Positions 27,469 through 35,102 of a DNA stretch of 64,000 nucleotides are shown one piece after another (within the stretch, counting starts at the first letter, position 1; each line of letters starts with the position of its first letter). Made by a program: the position numbers and the translations under genes. The stretch comes from Thermoplasmatota archaeon (GTDB lineage: Archaea > Thermoplasmatota > Poseidoniia > Poseidoniales > Thalassarchaeaceae). The notes beneath the pieces are model-generated. The model was not told where the DNA came from. It ran no database searches and was given only the letters and a program-made list of their open reading frames with translations. Location of the stretch: assembly GCA_030828405.1 (NCBI GenBank), contig JAURCP010000002.1:3169-67168 (forward strand), written 5' to 3'.

Positions 27469-27897
27469 ATGTCTACACTTTGGCCAGAGCATTTAGATGA
27501 TATTGTTGAAGAATTCAAAGATTGTTTCGACTCAATGGAAAGATATGAATTATTATTCGACTATGCTAAAAATAATCCAAACCCACTACCAATAGAGGAA
27601 TGGACAGAAGAAAATCAAATTTTAGGTTGTCAATCAAGAGCACATGTAATTTGTTCTCTAGATGAGGAGGGGTTTTTCTTACTAAAGGCAGGAGCAGATG
27701 CTCAAATTGTCCAAGGTCTAATGAGCATAACCGCAATTGCAGTGAATGGATTAAAACCGATTGAAGTTTCAAAGTTAACTCCTGCATATGTAGAAGAAAT
27801 GGGTTTGAAAGAGGCTCTGAGCCCAAATAGAGCAAATGGTTTCTTGAATATGTTCAATAGAGTGATTAAAGAGGCAAAGATACTTTCGGAGACTTAG
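27469..27897 (+). CDS. sufE: Cysteine desulfuration (sulfur acceptor) protein SufE
   Basis: ILGCQSRAHV active-site Cys motif, at the typical length (142 aa). Confidence 0.85.
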   Translation: MSTLWPEHLDDIVEEFKDCFDSMERYELLFDYAKNNPNPLPIEEWTEENQILGCQSRAHVICSLDEEGFFLLKAGADAQIVQGLMSITAIAVNGLKPIEVSKLTPAYVEEMGLKEALSPNRANGFLNMFNRVIKEAKILSET

Positions 27898-27898
27898 G

Positions 27899-28201
27899 AT
27901 GATTGATAAGAATGATGTTTTTGAGGCTTTAAACGAAGTTGAAGACCCAGAAATGAAGATTTCCGTTATTGATTTGGGCCTTATTTATGACATAAAGATA
28001 GAAAATACACATGCAGAAATTGATATGACTCTGACGAGTCCTGGATGCCCGATAGCACCTGAATTAATGGCTGCAGTACATAGGGCGGCTCTAGATACTA
28101 AAGGTTTAGAAAGTGTTCATGTAAACCTAACATTTACACCTCTATGGGATCCAAAAATACATGCCACAGAAGATGGTAAATTTGAATTAGGCATATTCTA
28201 A
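27899..28201 (+). CDS. sufT: Fe-S assembly protein of the DUF59 / SufT (MIP18) family
   Basis: VEDPEMKISVIDLGLIYDI and MTLTSPGCPIAP motifs. Confidence 0.8.
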   Translation: MIDKNDVFEALNEVEDPEMKISVIDLGLIYDIKIENTHAEIDMTLTSPGCPIAPELMAAVHRAALDTKGLESVHVNLTFTPLWDPKIHATEDGKFELGIF

Positions 28202-28207
28202 ATAGGT

Positions 28208-30799
28208 GTGAATGTGTTTCCAAAAGAAGAAAGGATTTGGGCTTGGCAAAAAATACCTGAATCTTCAAGAATAATATTCTTTGCCAGTATCATAATTATT
28301 ATTTTCTTAACCCCGAATTTAGCAGAAGGATATGAAAGTACTTGGGATGAAGTAAATATTAATTCAAATAATAACTATAATGCAGCAGTAATAGATTCTA
28401 ATGGCGATGCTTGGGTCTTTGGAGATAATGGAGTAATTATCCATGGTGAAAAATTAACTAATTGGAGTATAGTAAATTCACCGACTGTTGAAGATATACT
28501 AACTGCAGATTCTAATGAAAATTTAGTTGTTGCAGCTGGTAAGAATGGAGTGGTAATTTACAAAGAAATTCTTTCAAATGAATGGATAAACATAGATATT
28601 GATAATCAAACAAGAATTAACTCAGTATCAATTAACAATTTTGACGAAATTGTTATAGTTACTGATTTGGGAGGTATTCAGATTTACAAAGACAATGAAT
28701 GGTTACAAATAAATTCATTAACTTCTGAAAAGTTATTTGATATTACATTTGAGAACGAAAGAGGATTAATATCCGGCTCATCAGGATTAATTCTAGGTTC
28801 AGAAGATAATGGATTGACGTGGGAAGTAAGAGATACTCCAGAAATTGTAGCAGAATCAGAAATTATTTCTATTGGGTATTATAAGGCAAATAGGGCTTAT
28901 GCAATTACTTCTGAGGGGAATATCTTGAAATCAACCCAGGAGTCATTAACAACCACAGTTGGATATTCATGGACAATAAAAGAAATTGAATCAGAAAATT
29001 ATAGCACTAGTATGAATGTCAATTTAACTTCTTTAGAGATTTTGAGCACCACAAAGATATTATTGACAGGAGAAGAAGGTTTTGTAGCACTAAGTAAAGA
29101 TGGGGGAAATATTGTAACACCACAATTACTTCCGGATGGAAATACATATCTGAAGATTAACGATATGGCTATGGAAAACGCATTTAGGGGAATAATTGTT
29201 GGTGACAATGGAAAAATCTTCTATACTGAAAATGGAGGAGAAGATAATCCCGTTGGTTTTGAAATTATAGATTTAAGTAATTTCAATGAATTTGTAGATT
29301 TTACAAAAGATAATCTTTGGGAAGGTTTGAAAGCCACGGTGAAAATAGTCATTTTTGGAATTTTACTTGGTTTCTTTTTGGGGATAATGCTAGCCATGTG
29401 TAAAACTGCTCCAACCACATTAAAGCAAATGATTGAAAGTGATCTTGAAAAAACATTAATCTTATTTTGGATTGGGATACCAATTAGTATTTTTTCCACG
29501 AGAGAAAATGGAATTGGTCTAGGCATATTCACATTCCTATCAATAATTTCTATATCCATATTATTAGATCAATATATCAATAAGAAAAACACAGAATCAG
29601 ATGGTTTTCTAGGCATCTTGATACCTGAACAACATAGAAATAAGGTGATTAAAATACTAGGGTTATCACTATTAATTGGTGTGCCAATTTCAGGAGGAAT
29701 GAATATTAATGGGGGGGTAGAATTAATCTATTCAGCGCTGGTTGATTTTCATGATTTTCAACTTGGTTCAGATACTCCAAAGTTATCAGCACAGCTAGCA
29801 TATATCTTTGCCCCAATTGGAAACCCTAGCGCATTCTTTGCATTAATAATTGGAATTGGTTTGACTTATTTAGGAATTTTATTTATTTTGACAAATGGTA
29901 CTTTTACTAAGAAAACAATTTATGCGGGTAAATTAATATTGTTAGTGATTTTATGGACGGTAATTTTGACGGAATTATTCGTGGGCTTTAATTTAGATAA
30001 ATTTGATTTAAATGTTAGTAATTTAATGAAATTTGGTCTACTATTAGGTATTGGATTTTTCTTGACTAGAAGAATTATACCGAAACTATCTCGAAAGGAA
30101 ATCAAAATTAATGATTTCAGTATTTCAATTGACCCTTGGAGTTTGAGGCCTCTAAATAGTATAGCAACTCTTTACACAGATTTTTTCAGGAATACGCCAC
30201 TATTAGTCCAATTCATGTTTATTCATTTCGGAATGCAATTAGGTAAACACATACAAAACATTGGAGTTGATTTCACTGGAGATTTAGCAATAATTTCATC
30301 TTATCTAGGACCACTAGATAATTTAATTTCCCCATTGATTGAATATGTGAATGAGAGTTTATTCGGACCCGGAAAGAGATCATATCTTAGTGCAATTTTC
30401 GCATTGGGATTAAACTCTGCTGCCTATCAATGCGAAACAATCAGAGGAGCAATTGCGGCAATACCATCTGGACAAATGGAAGCAGGTAGAAGTATAGGTC
30501 TGACTTATATGGGAACGATGAGATTAATTATTCTTCCACAAGCAATCAGGATATGCATACCGCCTCTAGGAAATGAAATGGTCAATCTTGTATTAAATTC
30601 ATCTTTAGCCAGTGTGATTGCATATACAGAATTAACCCGTCAAGGAAAACTAGTTGTTGCAATTACTTTCCAAATATTTTGGACTTGGGGGATGGTGATG
30701 ATTGCATATTTCGTCGTTACATGGACTCTAGCTATACTATTGAGAAGATTAGAAGAAAAAACTAGAATTCCAGGATTAGGTATTTCAGGAGGTAATTAG
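28208..30799 (+). CDS. Amino-acid ABC transporter permease (polar amino acid, HisM/GlnP type) fused to an N-terminal extracytoplasmic BNR/Ycf48-like beta-propeller, with a multi-TM insertion of about 245 aa
   Basis: 863 aa.
- Signal anchor IIFFASIIIIIFLTPNL.
- About 7 blade-like repeats: GDNGVIIHGE, GKNGVVIYKE, LGGIQIYKDN, SSGLILGSEDNGLTWE, SEGNILKST, EEGFVALSKDGGN, GDNGKIFYTENGG.
- Permease motifs LWEGLKATVKIVIFGILLG, then about 245 aa later YTDFFRNTPLLVQ, and the EAA loop GQMEAGRSIGLTYMGTMRLIILPQA. Confidence 0.75.
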   Translation: MNVFPKEERIWAWQKIPESSRIIFFASIIIIIFLTPNLAEGYESTWDEVNINSNNNYNAAVIDSNGDAWVFGDNGVIIHGEKLTNWSIVNSPTVEDILTADSNENLVVAAGKNGVVIYKEILSNEWINIDIDNQTRINSVSINNFDEIVIVTDLGGIQIYKDNEWLQINSLTSEKLFDITFENERGLISGSSGLILGSEDNGLTWEVRDTPEIVAESEIISIGYYKANRAYAITSEGNILKSTQESLTTTVGYSWTIKEIESENYSTSMNVNLTSLEILSTTKILLTGEEGFVALSKDGGNIVTPQLLPDGNTYLKINDMAMENAFRGIIVGDNGKIFYTENGGEDNPVGFEIIDLSNFNEFVDFTKDNLWEGLKATVKIVIFGILLGFFLGIMLAMCKTAPTTLKQMIESDLEKTLILFWIGIPISIFSTRENGIGLGIFTFLSIISISILLDQYINKKNTESDGFLGILIPEQHRNKVIKILGLSLLIGVPISGGMNINGGVELIYSALVDFHDFQLGSDTPKLSAQLAYIFAPIGNPSAFFALIIGIGLTYLGILFILTNGTFTKKTIYAGKLILLVILWTVILTELFVGFNLDKFDLNVSNLMKFGLLLGIGFFLTRRIIPKLSRKEIKINDFSISIDPWSLRPLNSIATLYTDFFRNTPLLVQFMFIHFGMQLGKHIQNIGVDFTGDLAIISSYLGPLDNLISPLIEYVNESLFGPGKRSYLSAIFALGLNSAAYQCETIRGAIAAIPSGQMEAGRSIGLTYMGTMRLIILPQAIRICIPPLGNEMVNLVLNSSLASVIAYTELTRQGKLVVAITFQIFWTWGMVMIAYFVVTWTLAILLRRLEEKTRIPGLGISGGN

Positions 30800-31540
30800 A
30801 TGGATGATGATGTGCTAATCGTAGAAGATCTTGAAAAAATATATTCGGGTGGCGTTCATGCAGTTAGAGGAGTCTCATTCAAAGTTAAAAAGGGAGAATC
30901 TGTAGCTATCATTGGTTCATCAGGTAGTGGGAAATCAACGGTACTTAGATGTATCAATAGACTGATTGAACCTACGAATGGGATAATAAAATTAAATGGT
31001 GAAATCATAAATAATCCTTTAGCAGATGTTAATGAAATACGTTCTAAAATAGGTATGGTTTTTCAATCATTTGAACTTTTTTCACATCTTAAAGTCTTAG
31101 AAAATATTACATTGGGGCTCAAGCATGTTAGAGGTATGAATAAAGAGGAATCTGAAAAAATTGCTCTAGAAGTATTGGACAGAGTAGACATGTTGGATAG
31201 AATAGATGCTTATCCAGGAAATTTATCAGGAGGACAGAAACAAAGAGTTGCGATTGCAAGATCTCTCGCAATGCATCCAGAAGTGATATTATTTGATGAA
31301 CCAACCAGTGCTTTGGACCCTGAACTAATAGGTTCTGTGTTACAGACTATAAGGGGTTTAGCGGATGAAGGAATGACAATGGTGATTGTTACTCATGAAA
31401 TAAATTTTGCTAAGGATGTTGCAGATAGAATCATCTACATGGATAAAGGTCTTATTGAAGAAGAAGGACCTTCTGATATAATTGAAAAACCTAAAACGGA
31501 TAGATTGAAAGAATTCCTTTCGGCTATGGACGAAGAATGA
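30800..31540 (+). CDS. Amino-acid ABC transporter ATP-binding protein (GlnQ/HisP type)
   Basis: Walker [10 protein letters not shown], signature [13 protein letters not shown], Walker [12 protein letters not shown]. Its start codon directly abuts the permease stop. Confidence 0.9.
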   Translation: MDDDVLIVEDLEKIYSGGVHAVRGVSFKVKKGESVAIIGSSGSGKSTVLRCINRLIEPTNGIIKLNGEIINNPLADVNEIRSKIGMVFQSFELFSHLKVLENITLGLKHVRGMNKEESEKIALEVLDRVDMLDRIDAYPGNLSGGQKQRVAIARSLAMHPEVILFDEPTSALDPELIGSVLQTIRGLADEGMTMVIVTHEINFAKDVADRIIYMDKGLIEEEGPSDIIEKPKTDRLKEFLSAMDEE

Positions 31541-31548
31541 ATAAAAAA

Positions 31549-32904
31549 TTATATTAATCCTTGAGATGTCATTGCCTCAGCAACTTTGAGGAAACCTGCA
31601 ATATTAGCGCCCGCTACATAATTATCAGGCATCCCATACTTTTCAGCAGTTTCAGCAGCATTCTTGTGTATGTTGACCATTATCTGGTCTAATTTAGAAT
31701 CAACTTCTTCTCGAGTCCAGTTGTACCTCAATGAATTTTGTGACATTTCAAGTCCGGATGTTGCAACTCCTCCTGCATTACTCGCTTTACCGGGTGCAAA
31801 CATTACACCATTACTTAGGAAAACCTCTACTGCTTCCGGAGTGCAAGGCATGTTAGCACCTTCTGCAACAGCCATTACTTGGTTATTAACAAGCATTTCT
31901 GCCTCATCTCCATTTATTTCGTTTTGAGTAGCACATGGAAGTGCGACATCGACATTAACGTTCCATAATCCATTTGATGCAGGCTCGGGTTCAGAAGCAG
32001 TGAAACTAGAACTAGAGTATTTTTCTGCATACTCTGAAATTCGTCCACGGCGATTATTTTTTAAATCCATAATCCAAGATAATTTTTCTCTGTCAATGCC
32101 TTCAGGGTCATAAATAAAGCCACTAGAGTCAGACATAGTGACCGGTTTTCCACCGAGATCTAAAACTTTCTCGCAAGCGAATTGCGCGACATTACCTGAA
32201 CCTGAAATTGAAACAGTTGCACCCTCAAAAGATTTATTTTTTGTAGCAAGCATTTCTCTAGCGAAATAAACTAGACCATATCCCGTAGCTTCGGGTCTAA
32301 TTAGAGACCCTCCATATGAAATTCCCTTACCTGTAAGTACACCAGTAAACTCATTCGCTAATTTTTTATACATTCCAAAGAGGAACCCAATTTCTCTTCC
32401 TCCGACGCCGATATCTCCCGCAGGAACGTCTAAGTTAGATCCAATATGCCTCCATAGTTCCATCATAAAAGATTGGCAGAAACGCATTACTTCGGCATCC
32501 GTCTTACCTTTGGGGTCGAAATCTGAGCCACCTTTCCCGCCCCCCATTGGCAATCCGGTCAAGCTATTCTTGAATACTTGCTCAAATGCTAGAAACTTAA
32601 GTATTGATTGATTAACAGAAGGATGAAAACGAAGCCCTCCTTTGTAAGGACCTATGGCACTATTCATTTGGATTCTAAATCCACGATTAACATTTAATTT
32701 ACCACTATCATCATACCAAGGTACCCTAAATTGTATTATTCTCTCTGCTTCAACCATTGATTCTACTACTGGTAAATATTCAGGATGTGCCTGAATAACA
32801 GGAACTAAACTTTCTAGAACCTCTTCCACTGCTTGATGGAATTCAGGTTGGTTCGGGTCTCTTGCAATTACACTATCGTATACTTTTTTCATTGTATTAT
32901 CCAT
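31549..32904 (-). CDS. gdhA: Glutamate dehydrogenase (hexameric GdhA type)
   Basis: KGGLRFHPSV and PMGGGKGGSDFDPKGK motifs. Start assigned to ATG 32904 (MDNTMKKVYDSVIARDPNQPEFHQAV), which aligns with the usual GdhA N-terminus. The ORF-track extension back to 33003 is probably non-coding. Confidence 0.9.
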   Translation of the reverse strand: MDNTMKKVYDSVIARDPNQPEFHQAVEEVLESLVPVIQAHPEYLPVVESMVEAERIIQFRVPWYDDSGKLNVNRGFRIQMNSAIGPYKGGLRFHPSVNQSILKFLAFEQVFKNSLTGLPMGGGKGGSDFDPKGKTDAEVMRFCQSFMMELWRHIGSNLDVPAGDIGVGGREIGFLFGMYKKLANEFTGVLTGKGISYGGSLIRPEATGYGLVYFAREMLATKNKSFEGATVSISGSGNVAQFACEKVLDLGGKPVTMSDSSGFIYDPEGIDREKLSWIMDLKNNRRGRISEYAEKYSSSSFTASEPEPASNGLWNVNVDVALPCATQNEINGDEAEMLVNNQVMAVAEGANMPCTPEAVEVFLSNGVMFAPGKASNAGGVATSGLEMSQNSLRYNWTREEVDSKLDQIMVNIHKNAAETAEKYGMPDNYVAGANIAGFLKVAEAMTSQGLI

Positions 32905-33006
32905 GGGATTCACCAAGGTTTCCGAATCTTGACTAGTTATCGGGTGAGCAGAGGACTGACTAACCCTTTTTGAATGGTATGGATTGAACAACTCGTTAAA
33001 CATTGG

Positions 33007-34323
33007 TTAAGAGAAAATATGCTCATCTGCGAGACGGCTAACTATCTTCTCATAACCAGGTAAAGTCATTACATAAACTACTTCTTGAGAAACCTGCCTC
33101 TTCCTTAATGCCTCTGCTATAGGAGTATGATCTTTGAACCACCTGGTTTTTCCATCGTCACCAATTATTCTAATATCTACCTGAGACATACGAGGTTCAG
33201 AAAGTAATAATTTGACTGATGGAACATCAATCGCAACATACCCTTTATCTAGCCCCGCACGTTTAGCAATTTCATCTTCAAGCTCAATTCTTTCGGAAGA
33301 GTTTGATGCTAAATGGATTAATTTTCCAATTATTTCTTCAGGTAAATCTTGTTTTCTACGACTAGTAGAAATTTTCATAAGTTGCCTATATTTCAATCTT
33401 CGAATCATATCTCTAGCAAACTTCCCTGAATCATAAAGTGCGCCCCAAATTTCTGAATCTACTCTTTTTTGTAAATCTATAGAATCAGGTAAATCATCAA
33501 CACTTCTCTCAACTGCTCTAGAAAGCATGATTTCAGTTATTCTAGTAACTCTATGGAAATAAACTGCACTGTACATCAGACCTCTGGCCATCATCATACC
33601 TTCTAATGCGGGTAATCCCCCTTCTTCGACGGCTACGTCCCCCCCATGCCTCTCTAAACATTCTATTAGTCTGTGATGATCAATTATTCCATGTTTAACG
33701 CCAGTGAAATGAGAATCTCTCAATAAATAGTCCATTTGATCGCAATCAACAGGCCCATGAATTAAATGAGATAATGTGTCGTCCTGATACACAAAATTCT
33801 GTTTTCCTTCTACCCATTCAAGTAGATTTCTTTCGGTGCCGCCAGCGTCTGGGCCACGGATAAGTCCTGCGACTTCTTTAGGTTCAATATCAAAAGATTC
33901 AAGAATCTCAGGGATACTTCTTCTATTTGAAAAATACTTACCCTCATCATTTCTTAGAATATCATATTCACCTAAAATTATCCCTTCAGTGATAGACATG
34001 TGGTCAAGTCCACCCCTTTCATGAAGAATATGTTCCAGAGTATGAGAATAAGGCCCATGCCCTACATCATGCAACATTCCAGCTACTTGAACAGTTGATT
34101 TGTCATGCTCGTTCAGCGATATAGATTCAGCCATCAATCCCGCGATATGAGATACACCTAGAGAATGCTCAAACCTAGTATGATGAGCACCAGGGAATAC
34201 AAGGTGTGCTAACCCCAGTTGCTTAATATGGCTGAGTTTATTCATTTCAGGAGTTTTCAATAATTCTTCTCTAACTCCATCGATTCTAAATTGACCGTGA
34301 ATTGCGTCATTAATCACCTTCAT
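33007..34323 (-). CDS. HD-domain metal-dependent phosphohydrolase (SAMHD1/dGTPase-like, COG1078-type)
   Basis: HTRFEHSLGVSHIA ... MLHDVGHGPYSH ... DCDQMDYLLRD. Start most likely at MKVINDAIHG (ATG 34323). Confidence 0.8.
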   Translation of the reverse strand: MKVINDAIHGQFRIDGVREELLKTPEMNKLSHIKQLGLAHLVFPGAHHTRFEHSLGVSHIAGLMAESISLNEHDKSTVQVAGMLHDVGHGPYSHTLEHILHERGGLDHMSITEGIILGEYDILRNDEGKYFSNRRSIPEILESFDIEPKEVAGLIRGPDAGGTERNLLEWVEGKQNFVYQDDTLSHLIHGPVDCDQMDYLLRDSHFTGVKHGIIDHHRLIECLERHGGDVAVEEGGLPALEGMMMARGLMYSAVYFHRVTRITEIMLSRAVERSVDDLPDSIDLQKRVDSEIWGALYDSGKFARDMIRRLKYRQLMKISTSRRKQDLPEEIIGKLIHLASNSSERIELEDEIAKRAGLDKGYVAIDVPSVKLLLSEPRMSQVDIRIIGDDGKTRWFKDHTPIAEALRKRQVSQEVVYVMTLPGYEKIVSRLADEHIFS

Positions 34324-34407
34324 TTGACTACCTCTGATAAAGCCAAAGAGCACTCCCTATTGAATCGCTCTATTATTCTAAATATTTTATTTTTAAAAAA
34401 TACTATT

Positions 34408-34440
34408 TTGTATTACAATCACAATACAATTGCATTACAT
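34408..34440. promoter_or_regulatory. Operator-like phased AT(T)ACA(A)T repeats and an inverted repeat upstream of the RHH regulator gene
   Basis: ATTACAAT (34412-34419), ATACAAT (34424-34430) and ATTACAT (34434-34440) are spaced about one helical turn apart. Inverted repeat TTGTATT (34408-34414) / AATACAA (34423-34429). The site lies in the divergent intergenic region between the HD gene and the RHH gene. Confidence 0.3.
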
Positions 34441-34474
34441 TTATGTGCTAAACGCATCCTGCTTAGGGTGAGGG

Positions 34475-34852
34475 ATGACTGTGAGAGGACAAAGCCCAAT
34501 GGTTTCATTGAGGATTCCAGAGGATTATCTACTGGCCTTAGATCAAAGAATAGGCTTTGATGGAATGAGAAATCGTTCAGATGTTATCAGGGATGCAGTA
34601 AGGCGTTTATTAGAAGTGAATGTGGTCGAACACGGAGATAGTGTCAAAGTTGATTTGGGGCCAGAATTGACGATTCTGATGAATGACTTCTGTAAAATTC
34701 ATGCTGAAAAACCAGAAACTGTGCTTAAAGCAGCAGCTAGAAACTATATTCGAAGAGAAACAATTGAAGGTATGTCAGTGACAAAACTTCTCCAAGAGCG
34801 CATGAATGAGCTAAGTGCGCGATTCAATGATGATTCGAACGCTCAGAGGTGA
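34475..34852 (+). CDS. Ribbon-helix-helix (CopG/Arc/MetJ-type) DNA-binding protein, apparently with two RHH modules in tandem
   Basis: Module 1 is VSLRIPEDYLLALDQRI...RNRSDVIRDAVRRLL. Module 2 is VKVDLGPELTILMNDFCKIHAEKPETVLKAAARNYI. A strong SD (GGTGAGGG) sits immediately upstream of the ATG. Confidence 0.65.
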   Translation: MTVRGQSPMVSLRIPEDYLLALDQRIGFDGMRNRSDVIRDAVRRLLEVNVVEHGDSVKVDLGPELTILMNDFCKIHAEKPETVLKAAARNYIRRETIEGMSVTKLLQERMNELSARFNDDSNAQR

Positions 34853-34883
34853 GAGAATGAGCGAGGATGGGATGCACAAAAAC

Positions 34884-34909
34884 GTGGGGGGGCATAAAAG
34901 CCCCCTCAC
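34884..34909 (+). other. GC-rich 10-bp hairpin (GUGGGGGGGC-AUAAAA-GCCCCCUCAC) 32 nt after the RHH stop codon
   Basis: Direct reading gives 9 Watson-Crick pairs plus 1 G-U pair and a 6-nt loop. This is exceptional stability for such an AT-rich window. Function unknown. Confidence 0.5.
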
Positions 34910-35073
34910 CCAACAGCATCAAACGGGAATTATTGTGGGATTTTCAGGAATAAGAAGCAGAGCGAGATTAAGCAATGCTGTAGGATATAATGCGAAAGAA
35001 GTCCCTAGGTTTCCTCGCGGGAAAACTCGAATTACCGATAGAGAAAAATTACTCTAAAACTCAAACACACACC

Positions 35074-35096
35074 GCTCCGTACTTTTTGTACGGAGC
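35074..35096 (+). other. Perfect 9-bp hairpin with a U5 loop (GCUCCGUAC-UUUUU-GUACGGAGC) 6 nt upstream of the annotated XPD start
   Basis: Direct reading of the sequence. Function unknown; it could be a terminator-like element, an RNA 3' end, or a translational element. Confidence 0.5.
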
Positions 35097-35102
35097 ACCC
35101 TG

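Noticed and set aside
34826-34854. C-box-like AAUGAUGA (34826-34833; also CUGAUGA at 35099-35105), and a UGAGA motif (34850-34854) reminiscent of the TPP riboswitch core.
   Set aside because: No properly spaced D/D' box (CUGA) or terminal stem supports a C/D sRNA. The TPP-riboswitch pyrimidine-sensor helix and the ACCUGAUCUGGAUAAUGCCAGCG-like segment are absent. The UGA of the UGAGA motif is simply the RHH stop codon.
34815-35057. 80-aa basic ORF overlapping the end of the RHH gene, considered as the toxin of an RHH-antitoxin/toxin pair.
   Set aside because: No RelE, ParE, VapC or other toxin motif is recognisable. The 38-nt out-of-frame overlap and the Arg-rich composition look like a by-product of a GC-rich non-coding region. 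The RHH protein is also much larger than typical antitoxins. The question is left open under the ncRNA finding.
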